DNA of 64,000 nt from Planctomycetota bacterium (GCA_947501605.1 CANMWZ010000014.1:1-64000); one strand, 5' to 3'; counted from the first letter of the stretch, positions 31,739 to 41,967 are shown. Translations and numbers: made by a program. Notes: a model not told the origin generated them from the letters alone.

Positions 31739-32125
31739 TCAGCTTCCGGCGGCGGACTCATCGGCACGCGCCCGGCGCAGAGCGCGCCACAAGAGCACGA
31801 TGCCGAGCGGCATGCAGACCATCGCATAGAGCCCGCGCCTCGGCGCTGGCACGACCTGCAGTGGCGCAATCCACCGCGAGCGATCGCGCGTCGCGACGAA
31901 GTGTACGAGCCCTTCTGCCTGTGGCACGAAGCGCACTTCGCCATTCAGGTCGGTCGCGCCAACGTCGATCCTCGACCCGTCGGCCAACTCAACGACGACG
32001 GCAAGATCGGCGATCGGCTTGCCCTCCGCCGCAGCGCGCACAGCGACCGGCGCGCCAACCTCGCATGGCGAAGGCGACACACTGAGTTGCTGCAACACCA
32101 AGGAGAGTACCAGAGCGGTCGCCAT
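31739..32125 (-). CDS. Small secreted Ig-like protein with C-terminal TM anchor
   Basis: Hydrophobic N-terminus, G.TD.NG.V.F.P beta motif, C-terminal TM with Arg tail. Confidence 0.55.
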   Translation of the reverse strand: MATALVLSLVLQQLSVSPSPCEVGAPVAVRAAAEGKPIADLAVVVELADGSRIDVGATDLNGEVRFVPQAEGLVHFVATRDRSRWIAPLQVVPAPRRGLYAMVCMPLGIVLLWRALRRARADESAAGS

Positions 32126-32153
32126 GTTTGGTTCGTCGAGTAGTCTGACGGCC

Positions 32154-32762
32154 GTGGCGATCGAAATCGAGGACCTTGGCCGCGCTGCCTATGCACCCGT
32201 GCTCGAGCACATGCGCAGACTGCATGCGCAGGTCGCGAACGGTGACCTGCCAGGTCGCGTGCTGCTGGTCGAACACGACCCCGTCTACACCGCCGGCCGC
32301 GCCACGCCGCCAACCGAACTCGGCGAGCACATTGTGCCGATCGAACGCGGCGGCAAGGTGACCTACCACGGCCCAGGTCAACTCGTCATCTACCCGATCG
32401 TGCCGCTCCCGGTGCGCGACGTACGCGATTGGCTCCGTCGACTCGAGGCCTTCGGTGTCGCAGTCTGCTCGGCCTTCGGCCTCGAAGCCAAGGCCTCGGT
32501 TGATGGCACGGGCGTTTTCGTCGGTGCCCACAAAGTCGCGTCGATCGGCGTCGCCATCAAGCGATGGACCAACCTCCACGGCATCGCCCTCAACGTCGCC
32601 ATGGACAGCTCGCCGTGGTTTGCCGTTCGCCCTTGCGGCCGCGCCCCCGAGTCCATGAGCGATTTACGCACCGCCTGCAACCGCGACCTCACGGTCGAGG
32701 ACGCACGCGCCGCAGTGCGCGCCCGCGTTTTCCTGCTGACCGCCGAGGGGCGCTCGGTATGA
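32154..32762 (+). CDS. lipB: Lipoyl(octanoyl) transferase
   Basis: LVEHDPVYTAGR, RGGKVTYHGPGQ, KVASIG, HGIALN, PCG. Confidence 0.93.
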   Translation: MAIEIEDLGRAAYAPVLEHMRRLHAQVANGDLPGRVLLVEHDPVYTAGRATPPTELGEHIVPIERGGKVTYHGPGQLVIYPIVPLPVRDVRDWLRRLEAFGVAVCSAFGLEAKASVDGTGVFVGAHKVASIGVAIKRWTNLHGIALNVAMDSSPWFAVRPCGRAPESMSDLRTACNRDLTVEDARAAVRARVFLLTAEGRSV

Positions 32763-32775
32763 CCCAGAACTCGCG

Positions 32776-34455
32776 ATGAACAACACAGTCGAACTCGCGC
32801 GAGACGGCGTGAACCTGGAGATCCGGTTTGGCTACCGCCCCGATCTCGTCGCGCTGGTCAAGGAACTGCCCGAACGGCGCTTCGACGGACGCAACAAGAC
32901 ATGGAGCGTGCCCGCTCGCCACGCTGAAATCGTCTACGACAAGCTGTCGCGCCATCTGTTCGAGTTCACCCCCGAGGTCATGAGCATCGTCGCCGGCACG
33001 ATGGGAAAGCCGAAGCCGCGCATCGAGGACTCCGATGGCAGCGTCGCTCCTGCGACAGAAGAGACCAAGGCCATCGACTCGCTGACGATCTCTGCGTTCA
33101 GCGCTCGCGTTCGCGACTGCTTGCTCGCGGGCTTCTCGCAGAAAGTGTGGGTCACCGGCGAAGTCGTTGACTTCGACAAGGGCGCGAGCAAGAACCACAA
33201 GTTCTTCGCTCTGGTCGAGAAGGCCGAGGGCGAGACGACTCCGCGCGCGCGCGTCGATGCGGTGATGTGGGAGACGACTGCAGCAGCAATCTTCCGCCGC
33301 ATCCGCGAACAGGCGCCAGACTTCGCGATGCGCGACGGCATCGAGATCCGCGTGGAGGTGCGCGTCGACTTCTACGTCAAGAGCGGCCGCTTCCAGGTTG
33401 TCGTCGAAGACGTCGATCCGTCGTTCACGCTCGGCAAGCTCGCGCAGAACCGCGAACAGATCCTGCGCGAATTGCGCGAACGTGGCCTCGCCGATCGCAA
33501 TCGCGAACTGCCGTTGCCGATCCCGCCGCTGCGAGTTGGCGTGCTGACTAGCCCGGCGGCCGACGGCTGGAACGACTTCCTCCGTCACGTCGAGCAGTCG
33601 GGCGTCGGCTTTCAGTTGACCCTCGTGCCAGTCCAGGTCCAAGGTGACAAAGTGCGCGCGACCGTGCTGGCCGGCCTGCGCTGGCTCTCCGACCACGCGG
33701 AGGAATTCGACTGCATCTGCATCGTTCGCGGCGGCGGTTCGCGCACCGACCTCGCGTGGTTCGACGATCTCGAGATCGCGCTGGCGGTGGCCCAACACCC
33801 CATCAAGGTCCTGATCGGCATCGGCCACGAACGCGACCGCTCGGTACTCGACGAGATCGCCCATTCGGAGAAGACCCCAACTGCGCTGGCTGGCTTTCTT
33901 GTCGGGATCGTGATCAACGAACGCCGCCGCAACGCGGATCGCGCGGTTGCCTTGCAGCGCAACGTCGGCCGCACATTGGCCTCGGCGCGCTCGCGGCTCG
34001 ACTCGGCCACCAGTTCGCTGCGACTCGTCGCCACCTCGCGAATCACTCACGAACGGCAACGCCTGCAAGTCGCGGCGCACGGGATCGGCCGCGACTCGCT
34101 GCGACTCCTCACCACTGGACGCCGCAACCTCGAACGGACCGCCCGTTCCCTGCAGTTGTCGGCAGTCCAAGCCTGCGAGCGAGCGCGCCAGGTCCTGTTC
34201 CACGGCACCGAGCGTGCGCGCCGCGGCACCGACAACGTGCTGCAGCGACTCGCGGCTCGACTCGACGAACGCGCGATGCGCCTCCGACTGCTTGACCCTC
34301 GCACCGTGCTGCGCCGCGGGTTTGCACTGGTCCGCGACGACGAAGGCCGCGTTCTGCCGTCGGTAGCGCGCGTCGCTGCAGGCCAACACCTCGACATCCA
34401 ACTGCGAGACGGCACCATTCGCACCCGCGCCGAATCGATCGAGACGAACTCATGA
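32776..34455 (+). CDS. xseA: Exodeoxyribonuclease VII large subunit with extra N-terminal HARP-like domain
   Basis: VWVTGEV OB fold, GVLTS, VQG, RGGGS..DL..F, GIGHERD, TPTA, P..VL.RGF; extra ~75-aa N-terminal domain. Confidence 0.92.
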   Translation: MNNTVELARDGVNLEIRFGYRPDLVALVKELPERRFDGRNKTWSVPARHAEIVYDKLSRHLFEFTPEVMSIVAGTMGKPKPRIEDSDGSVAPATEETKAIDSLTISAFSARVRDCLLAGFSQKVWVTGEVVDFDKGASKNHKFFALVEKAEGETTPRARVDAVMWETTAAAIFRRIREQAPDFAMRDGIEIRVEVRVDFYVKSGRFQVVVEDVDPSFTLGKLAQNREQILRELRERGLADRNRELPLPIPPLRVGVLTSPAADGWNDFLRHVEQSGVGFQLTLVPVQVQGDKVRATVLAGLRWLSDHAEEFDCICIVRGGGSRTDLAWFDDLEIALAVAQHPIKVLIGIGHERDRSVLDEIAHSEKTPTALAGFLVGIVINERRRNADRAVALQRNVGRTLASARSRLDSATSSLRLVATSRITHERQRLQVAAHGIGRDSLRLLTTGRRNLERTARSLQLSAVQACERARQVLFHGTERARRGTDNVLQRLAARLDERAMRLRLLDPRTVLRRGFALVRDDEGRVLPSVARVAAGQHLDIQLRDGTIRTRAESIETNS

Positions 34456-34718
34456 ACGACAAGAAGAAGAAGGCCTCCGAGCCGAGCTACGCCGAGGCAA
34501 GCACCGAGCTCGAGACGATCCTGACCGAAATCGAGTCCGGCGAGATCGACTTGGACCTGCTGTCAGAAAAGGTCGAGCGCGCTGCGGCCTTGCTGGCGAT
34601 GTGCCGAGCGCGCCTCGCATCCACCGAGACCAAAGTCAAAAAAGTAGTCGCCGATCTGCACGCTGGCACCAGCGACCGCGCCGACAGCAACTCCAACAGC
34701 AGCGAGGACGACACGTGA
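34452..34718 (+). CDS. xseB: Exodeoxyribonuclease VII small subunit
   Basis: Y.EA..ELE.I...IE.GE..LD.L......A..L...C..RL...E; ATGA overlap with xseA. Confidence 0.92.
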   Translation: MNDKKKKASEPSYAEASTELETILTEIESGEIDLDLLSEKVERAAALLAMCRARLASTETKVKKVVADLHAGTSDRADSNSNSSEDDT

Positions 34719-35383
34719 TCGCGGCCGCCAACTTCGACGTCACGGCAGCCGTCATCCTGTTCATCGTGCTCTTGATCAGCAACACCGTGCACGAAGCTGC
34801 GCACGCGCTGTTCGCCAAACTCGGCGGTGACCTCACGGCTTACAAGGGCGGCCAAGTATCGCTGAACCCACTGCCGCACATCCGGCGCGAGCCCTTTGGC
34901 ATGGTGCTGCTGCCCTTGATCACGATTGTCAGCAGCGGCGGCACGATGTGCCTTGGCTATGCCAGTGCACCGATCGATCCAGTCTGGGCCTTCCACCATC
35001 CAAAACGCGCCGCACTCGTCTCCGCTGCAGGGCCCTTGTCGAACTTGGTGCTGGCCGCGATCGCGTTCTCGGTGCTGCAGTACGTCGGTCGACCCGAGTC
35101 CAGTGAGGGCGATGCCGTCCGACGGATCGCCGGCGTCTTCTTGATGCTGAATCTGCTACTGGCCGTGCTCAACCTGTTCCCCTTGCCGCCACTCGACGGC
35201 TCCGGAGTGCTGGGCGGGCTCGTGAAGCCTGTGCGCGTTCTCTACGACAACCTAGCGCGTCTGCCGATGTTCCCCATCGCGGTGCTGGTGCTTGTGATGT
35301 ACGTGATGCCCACCGTCATCAACCCGATCTGGAACGTCGTCAACGGCTGGCTCGACTACCGGCTGCCGTACCACTTCGGCTGA
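34715..35383 (+). CDS. Site-2 protease (peptidase M50)
   Basis: HEAAH, SLNPL.H, AAGPLSN, NLFPLPPLDG; GTGA overlap with xseB. Confidence 0.9.
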   Translation: MIAAANFDVTAAVILFIVLLISNTVHEAAHALFAKLGGDLTAYKGGQVSLNPLPHIRREPFGMVLLPLITIVSSGGTMCLGYASAPIDPVWAFHHPKRAALVSAAGPLSNLVLAAIAFSVLQYVGRPESSEGDAVRRIAGVFLMLNLLLAVLNLFPLPPLDGSGVLGGLVKPVRVLYDNLARLPMFPIAVLVLVMYVMPTVINPIWNVVNGWLDYRLPYHFG

Positions 35384-35393
35384 GTCGCTGGCC

Positions 35394-36686
35394 TCACCAG
35401 TCGCGCGGCCCCACCAGCGCCTCCTCGACCATCTCGCCGGCCCTCACGCAGGCGCTCATCGATCGCTCGTACGCGAACTCGGGATGCCGAGCATCTTGCT
35501 CGCGCATGAGGTAGCCGAGTTCGTCGTCACAGAGGCCGAACAGCAATAGGTCCGCCACACCGCTGCGCGCGCGGATGCGCTCGGCGAGCGCCGGCTCGAC
35601 CTCGCCTGGGACCGCGATCGCCTGCAGCGAACCGATGCGCAACCAGCCCACTGTGGTTCGGGCGCAGCCCTCGAACAACTCGCGAGGGATCGCCAGCGTC
35701 AATCGACCGAGCGCCAGCCCAAATGTGTTGAGCGGCACATAGACATCGCGACGACGCACCTCGATGGCATCGACCGGCAACGGCTCGGCGGTCGCGAGCG
35801 CACTTTTCGCAAGTTCGCACAGTTGCGCGCCCATCGCGCCCGCACCGTCCTGGTCGCGCTTGTCGACGCGCGGCGACACCATCGCACCGAGCGCGCCGTT
35901 CACGAACACCGCTTGCCCGTTGCCGGCGGCCTTCCATCCATCGCAGAGATCGCCAACGAAGTCCGCCGACAACAGCGACAACCGCCGTGAAAGCACTTCG
36001 GGATGGCAGGCGAGATGCAGCAAGGTCCCAAGTGGTCGACCATCCGCAACGGCACGAGCGTGCACGACCTCGAATCGGCGGTCGAAGCACTCCGCGTAGT
36101 TCGGGTTGCGCACCGGGGCGTCCGGCGGGACCCGCGCCTGACCACGCACCAGCGTCGCGGGCGCGGCATTCGCACGAGCCTCGGCCACCGCCTCGCTGGT
36201 CGCCATGGCCAACTGCCGCAGATAGTCATGCGAGCGCCCAGAGGTCAGGAAGTACCAACCCCACAACCCGATCAGGTCTGGACCAGCATGCGTGTGACTG
36301 GCACAGAGAAAGACATCGCCGTTGGCGAATCCGGACAGCCCCGCTTTCAGCCAGTCGCTGTCCTCGCGCATGATGCCGAGGTTGTCGATGCCCACGATCG
36401 CAAAGCGGCGATCGCCAGTCTCGAAGACCATGGCGCGGACCTTCAACGGCGAAGCGATGCCCGTGCTCGTGCGCGCCAGTGAGAAGCCGGCCATGTAGCC
36501 GCCGATCGGCGGCGTGATATCGCGCTCAGCCGAACCTACGCGCACCTCCTCGCCCGTCGCACGAACCGACCAAACTGCTGGTCTGTCGGGGATCGAACGC
36601 TGAAAGATGCCCGAGCACGAAGCGCTGACGAAAGCGGCCAGCGCCCACAGCATGGCGCGGCCGACGGTCGAGGCCCTTGGGGTCAT
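35394..36686 (-). CDS. Neutral/alkaline ceramidase-like lipoprotein
   Basis: DITP, ASHTHAGPD, ACHPE, SADF, NGALG, PGE motifs; lipobox-like SASC. Confidence 0.7.
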   Translation of the reverse strand: MTPRASTVGRAMLWALAAFVSASCSGIFQRSIPDRPAVWSVRATGEEVRVGSAERDITPPIGGYMAGFSLARTSTGIASPLKVRAMVFETGDRRFAIVGIDNLGIMREDSDWLKAGLSGFANGDVFLCASHTHAGPDLIGLWGWYFLTSGRSHDYLRQLAMATSEAVAEARANAAPATLVRGQARVPPDAPVRNPNYAECFDRRFEVVHARAVADGRPLGTLLHLACHPEVLSRRLSLLSADFVGDLCDGWKAAGNGQAVFVNGALGAMVSPRVDKRDQDGAGAMGAQLCELAKSALATAEPLPVDAIEVRRRDVYVPLNTFGLALGRLTLAIPRELFEGCARTTVGWLRIGSLQAIAVPGEVEPALAERIRARSGVADLLLFGLCDDELGYLMREQDARHPEFAYERSMSACVRAGEMVEEALVGPRDW

Positions 36687-36721
36687 TGCAGTGTCGTACG
36701 AGACTGCAACAACGAACGCCA

Positions 36722-37612
36722 TCAACTCGTTCCGAGCTGAGACAGCGCCTCGCCAAGGGACCGCCGAGCGTCGTGCTGGCCGCGGTGGCTAGCCGTCCGC
36801 TGCAACTCGCGCAGGTAGTGCACAAGGACTTCGCGGTCGCTCAGGTCACGCATGTATTCACGGACCTGGTCGTAGCCAAGACTCTTGAGGTGGCGGATGC
36901 AGTCGACCTTGGTCACGGTTCGGCCGCCGTAGTACGGATCGACCAGCACCGGGCGCACACCGTGCAAACGCACGAGGAAGTGCTCTGGCATCCCGACTCC
37001 CGATACCGACAGCCCGGCCCAGCGCGCAACCAGCAGGTAGATCAGCGACAACGTCACCGGCACTCCGACGCGGCCATCGACAACACGGTCGAGCAGCACG
37101 TGCTCGAGTTCGAGAGGACTCGCCTCCCCGCCGGTATAGCCCAACGACTCATTGAGGTGCTCGCTGAGCATTCGGGCGCACAGGTTGAGACTACGTCCCT
37201 GGAAGCGAGCACGCAGCACTTCGGCCTCACGCCACAGCTTGTGTCGCAGTTCGTGGGCGTCGGGTGCGAACGTGCGCACCATGTGCGAAGCGAACACCGC
37301 CCCGGCCAGGAGCGGCTCTGGGCTGCTCCAACCGGCGCTGTCGAGGTCAAGGCCTGCGAAACGCTGCAGATACTGCTCGACGTCGAACGAGCGCAGCAAC
37401 GCTCGGGCGCGGATTCGCGCGGCGGTGTCGCCATTCTGGCTGGCGTGCGTCAGCGCCTCGCGGCCAACAGCGCCAGCGGACAACAACAGCCGACGCACCG
37501 CTGCTACGACCGTTGGGGAATCGTCGCCGAGCAGGCGTGCGGCGGCAGCCAACCGGCGTTCGTGCGCGGTGCGGACAGCCGCAGACTCGGGCGTGGTTTC
37601 GGGCTCGATCAT
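36722..37612 (-). CDS. SirB1/YchA-like transglutaminase-core protein with N-terminal HEAT-like helices
   Basis: LDRV...R.G.P.TLSLIY..VA, G.GMP.HFLV, VDPY.GG. Confidence 0.8.
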   Translation of the reverse strand: MIEPETTPESAAVRTAHERRLAAAARLLGDDSPTVVAAVRRLLLSAGAVGREALTHASQNGDTAARIRARALLRSFDVEQYLQRFAGLDLDSAGWSSPEPLLAGAVFASHMVRTFAPDAHELRHKLWREAEVLRARFQGRSLNLCARMLSEHLNESLGYTGGEASPLELEHVLLDRVVDGRVGVPVTLSLIYLLVARWAGLSVSGVGMPEHFLVRLHGVRPVLVDPYYGGRTVTKVDCIRHLKSLGYDQVREYMRDLSDREVLVHYLRELQRTASHRGQHDARRSLGEALSQLGTS

Positions 37613-38030
37613 CTTGGTCTCGGCCGCACGCGAGGGGGACGTGAAGCGGGCGGGATCATAGCCACGAGAATGGCACGCTGCTCACTCGATCTCGTACCCG
37701 GCCAAGCGCGCCGACGGACCTCAAACGACCATTCGCTCGCGTTCGGTCGCGCCAAGTCACGCTGTCATCGCGAGCAACGATCGCGCATGCGCTCGTCGAC
37801 GGCTACCGCGCGCTGCAGCGCATGCACAGTCGCCCGCAGCGACGCGATGCCGATGACATCGGCGACGCGTTACCACGTGCGACGGCGTGCAGCTTTTTTT
37901 CGCATGCACGCTGAAATGCGCGGCGGACGCACTACCGCGGCAACGCGCCAGAACCGCATCCAAACGGGAGCGCCGACGCACAGTGGCCTAGCACCGCTGC
38001 GAGTCCGGATCGTCGAACAGCCTCGAAGTG

Positions 38031-38058
38031 TTGAATCCGCGCTTTGCAGGGATATGGT
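38031..38058 (+). promoter_or_regulatory. Putative sigma70 promoter of tRNA-Leu
   Basis: TTGAAT-16 nt-TATGGT, ending 15 nt before the tRNA. Confidence 0.45.
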
Positions 38059-38073
38059 TCCCCGCCCCACCAT

Positions 38074-38162
38074 GCCCAGGTGGCGAAACTGGCAGACGCA
38101 CCAGCTTGAGGTGCTGGCGCCCTTTACCGGGCATGCAGGTTCAATTCCTGTCCTGGGCACCA
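38074..38162 (+). tRNA. tRNA-Leu(GAG)
   Basis: GCCCAGG acceptor stem, CCAGC-TTGAGGT-GCTGG anticodon arm, long variable arm, GGTTCAATTCC, encoded CCA. Confidence 0.96.
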
Positions 38163-38296
38163 CTTCCCGCCGTTGCGTCGGCTCGTCCGCGCGCAGCGAG
38201 CGGGAAGCACATTTGCTGAGCTGACACCGACGGATCCGAGTCGGTGCCACAGCATCGCCTGCCGGTGCGGGTCGTGCCGCCGGCGCTGGCAGCGAG

Positions 38297-38337
38297 CCGA
38301 TCGTCGCAGACCGATCGTCGCAGACCAATCGTCGCAG
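38297..38337. repeat. 14-bp tandem repeat x3 (CCGATCGTCGCAGA)
   Basis: Read directly; third copy CCAATCGTCGCAG. Confidence 0.85.
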
Positions 38338-38433
38338 CGACGCCGACAGGGGCAACCAGTCGTCGCCGGCACAAGGCCTGCTGGCGCAGTCCAAAACCGC
38401 GGCGGCGCGACCGCTGGCCGCGAGGCTCTCGCG

Positions 38434-40584
38434 TCAGAACCCTGGCACCAGCTTTCCTTGGAAGCGGATGTAGTTGTTCTCGAGTTCGAGCTGCAGGTAG
38501 GCAGCGTCGACGAGTTTCGAGAAGCCACGCAACTGGTCGATCGCTGGCAGATCCTGCGCCGAGAACCCGGCCGAAGCCTTGCTCCACTGCTCGCGCAGAT
38601 AGGCGCGGACGGCGTCCTGGAACTCGCCGTCGAGCACGCTCTTTGGCATCGATGCGAGACTCGGATACTGCGGGTACTTCGCGCGACGCACGGCGTCTTC
38701 AGCGGCCGAACGCTGCTCCATGATCCATGCCGGATCCGGCTCCACGTTCTGCTGCTCGCTGGCCCCGCGATAGTCATCGAGTACCGACAGCAGGCGCTGA
38801 CCCCGCAGCCACACGAAGCCATTCAACGCATTCGGCAACTCGTCTTCGATGCGCCTGAACTGCGGATCCTCGACGATCGACTTGAGCGAACCGAAGTTGT
38901 AGCGAGTCCGCAGGATGTCACGGATCAGCGGGCCGGAGTTGGAGAGCACGAGGAAGTCGCGGAACACGATCGCGGCAATCTCGCCAGTGCCTGGGATCTG
39001 CGCATTGGCAAACTCCCACACCGGCTCAGGGAGGCCATCGACCGGCAGGTTGTAGACGTTGCTGAAACGGAAGACGGGCACCGCGTACTTCCGCAGCGTG
39101 TCCACCAGTTCGTCGGCCGGGGACCGGCCGTCGCGAGGATCACGCACATCTTCGCGGAGCCAGAAAACCCACGCGAACTGTGGCACTGGTGAGCGCGCGG
39201 TGACTGGGAAGTAGAGCTGGCCCTGCTCGTTCTTGGACAGGTCCGGCACGTTCTTGCGGAACACGAATCCCATGCGTGGCAGCAGCGCGATCTTCAGCCG
39301 GTCGATCAGGTCGCGCGTGTCGGCGAGCTGCTGGCTCTTGAACGTGCAGCGGCGAAGCGCGTCATCCAGACCCTCGCGCTCGCTCTGGATCAGCGAGTCG
39401 TACATCGCGTGCAAGAACTCGCCCGCCGGCATACGCAGCGCCGCGGCGGCACATGCCGAATCCGGCACCATGCGCAAGAACGGCATGAGCCAGTCCTTCT
39501 TGTCCTGTTTCTCGGCGCGGTAGAAGCTGCTCTGAAAAGGCGTGTGCAGGTTGCTGTTGAGTACGATGCGCCCGAGCACCGACAGACCCGTTCGCTCGAA
39601 CATCAAGGCGCTGCTGACGGAGTTCCAACCCTTGAGGTTGAGGAAGCTCGCCATCACGCGCTCGTTCATGCTGTCGATGTTCTTGGCGTCCGGAAACGTC
39701 GCGGCAAACCGGCGAAACGCATCGAACGAAGCTGTGGCAGCACTGAACTCGACCGAGTTGACGGACTCGGCCTGGTTGACCTCCACCCACTTGGCCATGG
39801 GGTCGACGACACCCTCGGTGTACTGCGACGCGAGACCGAACGGTTGCTCCTCATCGTCGTCGGCGGCGAGGCGCAGCGACTGCAGCAGCAGGTCTTTGTT
39901 GTTGCCGAGCAGCACCACATCGAGGTGGCGGCCGAGGAACAGCGCTTCGGTGAGTTGCGGCGATCGCAGTGACAGCAGCCCGTCCTCGACAGCGATCTCG
40001 AGCCCCTGCGCCCGAGCCTGGTCTTGCACCATCGACCAGCCGAGAAGGCCGTGGACGAAGCGGAGCCGCCAACTGACGCGGGCGTAGACGCACCACCACG
40101 GTTGCTGCAGCGGCTGCGGCGGGTTCTTGCTGCGATCCTCGCTATAGCCGGCCACCACCAGTTCGCGGCCGATCGCGTCGCGCGCGAGGTCAAGGAACCC
40201 ATTGCTCGACTCCTGCAACTGCGCCAGCGCGTCCATGGCCTGCTGTAGCGAGCGCTGCGAGCCGGTGCGGAAGCTGGTCGCGGCAGGACCCGTCAAGACG
40301 TCGCGCCAGCCGGGGGCATCCGTGAGCTGCGGCCAGAACTTTGGCTCCGGCAGCACGCCGCGAGCAATCTCGAGTCGGCCGTTTTCAGGTCCGAAGTCAT
40401 CGATCAAGCCGGTCTTGCGCACGAAGAAATCCACTTCGCGCGGCACGATGTCGCGGACATCGCGCAGGTCGCCTTCGAACGGGTTGTAGACGAACGCGGC
40501 AAGGAACAGCGCGACCAAGGTCACGACTGTCAGGACCGAGATCCCGAGCCACTTCAAAAACCGGAAAGGGCGCTTCGACTTCAT
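38434..40584 (-). CDS. Hypothetical membrane-anchored periplasmic protein (DUF3352-like layout)
   Basis: 716-aa ORF, N-terminal basic stretch plus TM anchor, typical codon pattern; no recognised catalytic motif. Confidence 0.65.
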   Translation of the reverse strand: MKSKRPFRFLKWLGISVLTVVTLVALFLAAFVYNPFEGDLRDVRDIVPREVDFFVRKTGLIDDFGPENGRLEIARGVLPEPKFWPQLTDAPGWRDVLTGPAATSFRTGSQRSLQQAMDALAQLQESSNGFLDLARDAIGRELVVAGYSEDRSKNPPQPLQQPWWCVYARVSWRLRFVHGLLGWSMVQDQARAQGLEIAVEDGLLSLRSPQLTEALFLGRHLDVVLLGNNKDLLLQSLRLAADDDEEQPFGLASQYTEGVVDPMAKWVEVNQAESVNSVEFSAATASFDAFRRFAATFPDAKNIDSMNERVMASFLNLKGWNSVSSALMFERTGLSVLGRIVLNSNLHTPFQSSFYRAEKQDKKDWLMPFLRMVPDSACAAAALRMPAGEFLHAMYDSLIQSEREGLDDALRRCTFKSQQLADTRDLIDRLKIALLPRMGFVFRKNVPDLSKNEQGQLYFPVTARSPVPQFAWVFWLREDVRDPRDGRSPADELVDTLRKYAVPVFRFSNVYNLPVDGLPEPVWEFANAQIPGTGEIAAIVFRDFLVLSNSGPLIRDILRTRYNFGSLKSIVEDPQFRRIEDELPNALNGFVWLRGQRLLSVLDDYRGASEQQNVEPDPAWIMEQRSAAEDAVRRAKYPQYPSLASMPKSVLDGEFQDAVRAYLREQWSKASAGFSAQDLPAIDQLRGFSKLVDAAYLQLELENNYIRFQGKLVPGF

Positions 40585-40773
40585 CTGCAGCAGAGCCTAG
40601 TGCCATGCGCCACGGCGCACCACGAGCAGCAAGCACGCTGGCGCGGCGAGCCCTTGGCAGGCACTGCGGCCATGGACGTCTAGTGCGGCTGCGGCTTTCG
40701 TCCGTTCTCGGGGATCGCCAGCACGTTTGCGTTGCCGTCAGATGCCCGGTCTACTCCGGCACGCCCAGCCGCC

Positions 40774-41967
40774 ATGACGAGCCTCGTTCCCAACGCCCGT
40801 TCGCATCAGATCGAGGAGTCCGCGACCCTCGCGATCGCCGCGCGCGCGATGCAACTGCGCGCCGAGGGCAAGAACGTCATCGCTCTCGGGGCCGGCGAAC
40901 CGGACTTCCCCACCCCCGACGGCATCGCTCGCGCAGGCATCCGTGCCATCGAACAGGGAAAGTACCGCTACACCGCGACGAGCGGGCTCCCGCAGTTGCG
41001 AGCTGCCGGTGCCAAATGGCTCGCCGCTGCATTTGATCTCCACTACGCCGCCGAGGAAGTCCTGGTCACCGCCGGAGCCAAGCCTGCTCTGCACATGGCC
41101 CTCGACACCATCGTCGAGAAGGGCGACCGCGTACTGGTACTCGCGCCCTACTGGGTCTCCTACCCAGCCCTCGTTCGCATGGCCGACGGCGTGCCCGTGA
41201 TCGTGCCACCAGTGCCTGAGCAGGACTTCGTGCACACGGAATCACAGATCGCCGCGTTGGCCCAACAGAGCGGGGCGAAGGGCATGATCCTGAACTTCCC
41301 CAACAACCCTTCGGGGGCGGTGCCGACTCGCTCGCAACTCGAGGGCATCGTTGGTGCCGCCGAGAAGCACGGGATGTGGATTGTCTCCGACGAGATCTAC
41401 GCCCAGATTCGCTACGACCAGGCACCGCACGTGTCGCCCGCAAGCCTGCCAGGCGGGCGCGAGCGCACGATGGTGGTCACGGGCTTCACCAAGAGCCACA
41501 CGCTGACCGGCTGGCGCGTCGGATTCCTCGCTGGCCCAAAGCGGGTGATCGACGCTGCGGCGCGCATCCAGAGCCAGGTCCTGGGCAACGCCTGCACCAT
41601 CAGCCAAGAAGCCTCGCTCGCGGCGTGCGCCGAGCCGCCGCACGAGGAGATCGCGCGCCGGCTGCCCATCCTCGACGAACGCCGCTGCTTCCTCGTGCGG
41701 CAGATCAACACCATCCGCGACCTGAAGCTGGCGATGCCAAACGGCACCTTCTATGCCCTCATCGATGCGCGGGCGCTCTGTGCTCGGCTAGGCATCGATG
41801 ACGTGCGGCTTTGCACCCAACTGCTCGAGCAGCAATTGCTCGCGACGATCCCCGGCAGCGCGTTCGGCGCTCCCGGCTTTGTGCGACTGAGTTATGCGGC
41901 GCCGATGACGGATCTTGAAGCCGCGGTGATGAGACTGCGGGCGTTCGTCGACGAGGGGGCCTCGTGA
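40774..41967 (+). CDS. PLP-dependent aminotransferase class I/II (aspartate aminotransferase-like)
   Basis: GAGEPDFPTP, YT..SG..LR, GAK, PYWVSY, PNNPSG, SDEIY, FTKSH.LTGWRVG, RLSYA. Confidence 0.93.
   Translation: MTSLVPNARSHQIEESATLAIAARAMQLRAEGKNVIALGAGEPDFPTPDGIARAGIRAIEQGKYRYTATSGLPQLRAAGAKWLAAAFDLHYAAEEVLVTAGAKPALHMALDTIVEKGDRVLVLAPYWVSYPALVRMADGVPVIVPPVPEQDFVHTESQIAALAQQSGAKGMILNFPNNPSGAVPTRSQLEGIVGAAEKHGMWIVSDEIYAQIRYDQAPHVSPASLPGGRERTMVVTGFTKSHTLTGWRVGFLAGPKRVIDAAARIQSQVLGNACTISQEASLAACAEPPHEEIARRLPILDERRCFLVRQINTIRDLKLAMPNGTFYALIDARALCARLGIDDVRLCTQLLEQQLLATIPGSAFGAPGFVRLSYAAPMTDLEAAVMRLRAFVDEGAS

Noticed and set aside
32123..32126. Divergent genes sharing one CATG start (also 13376-13379)
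   Set aside because: Better downstream starts exist (lipB GTG 32154 with a -10 box; lptF ATG 13366), so the overlap is probably coincidental.
37613..38030. Possible ncRNA or small ORF between the SirB1-like gene and tRNA-Leu
   Set aside because: Only a loose GCGTGCA/TGCACGC inverted repeat around a T-run; no recognisable RNA family or credible ORF.
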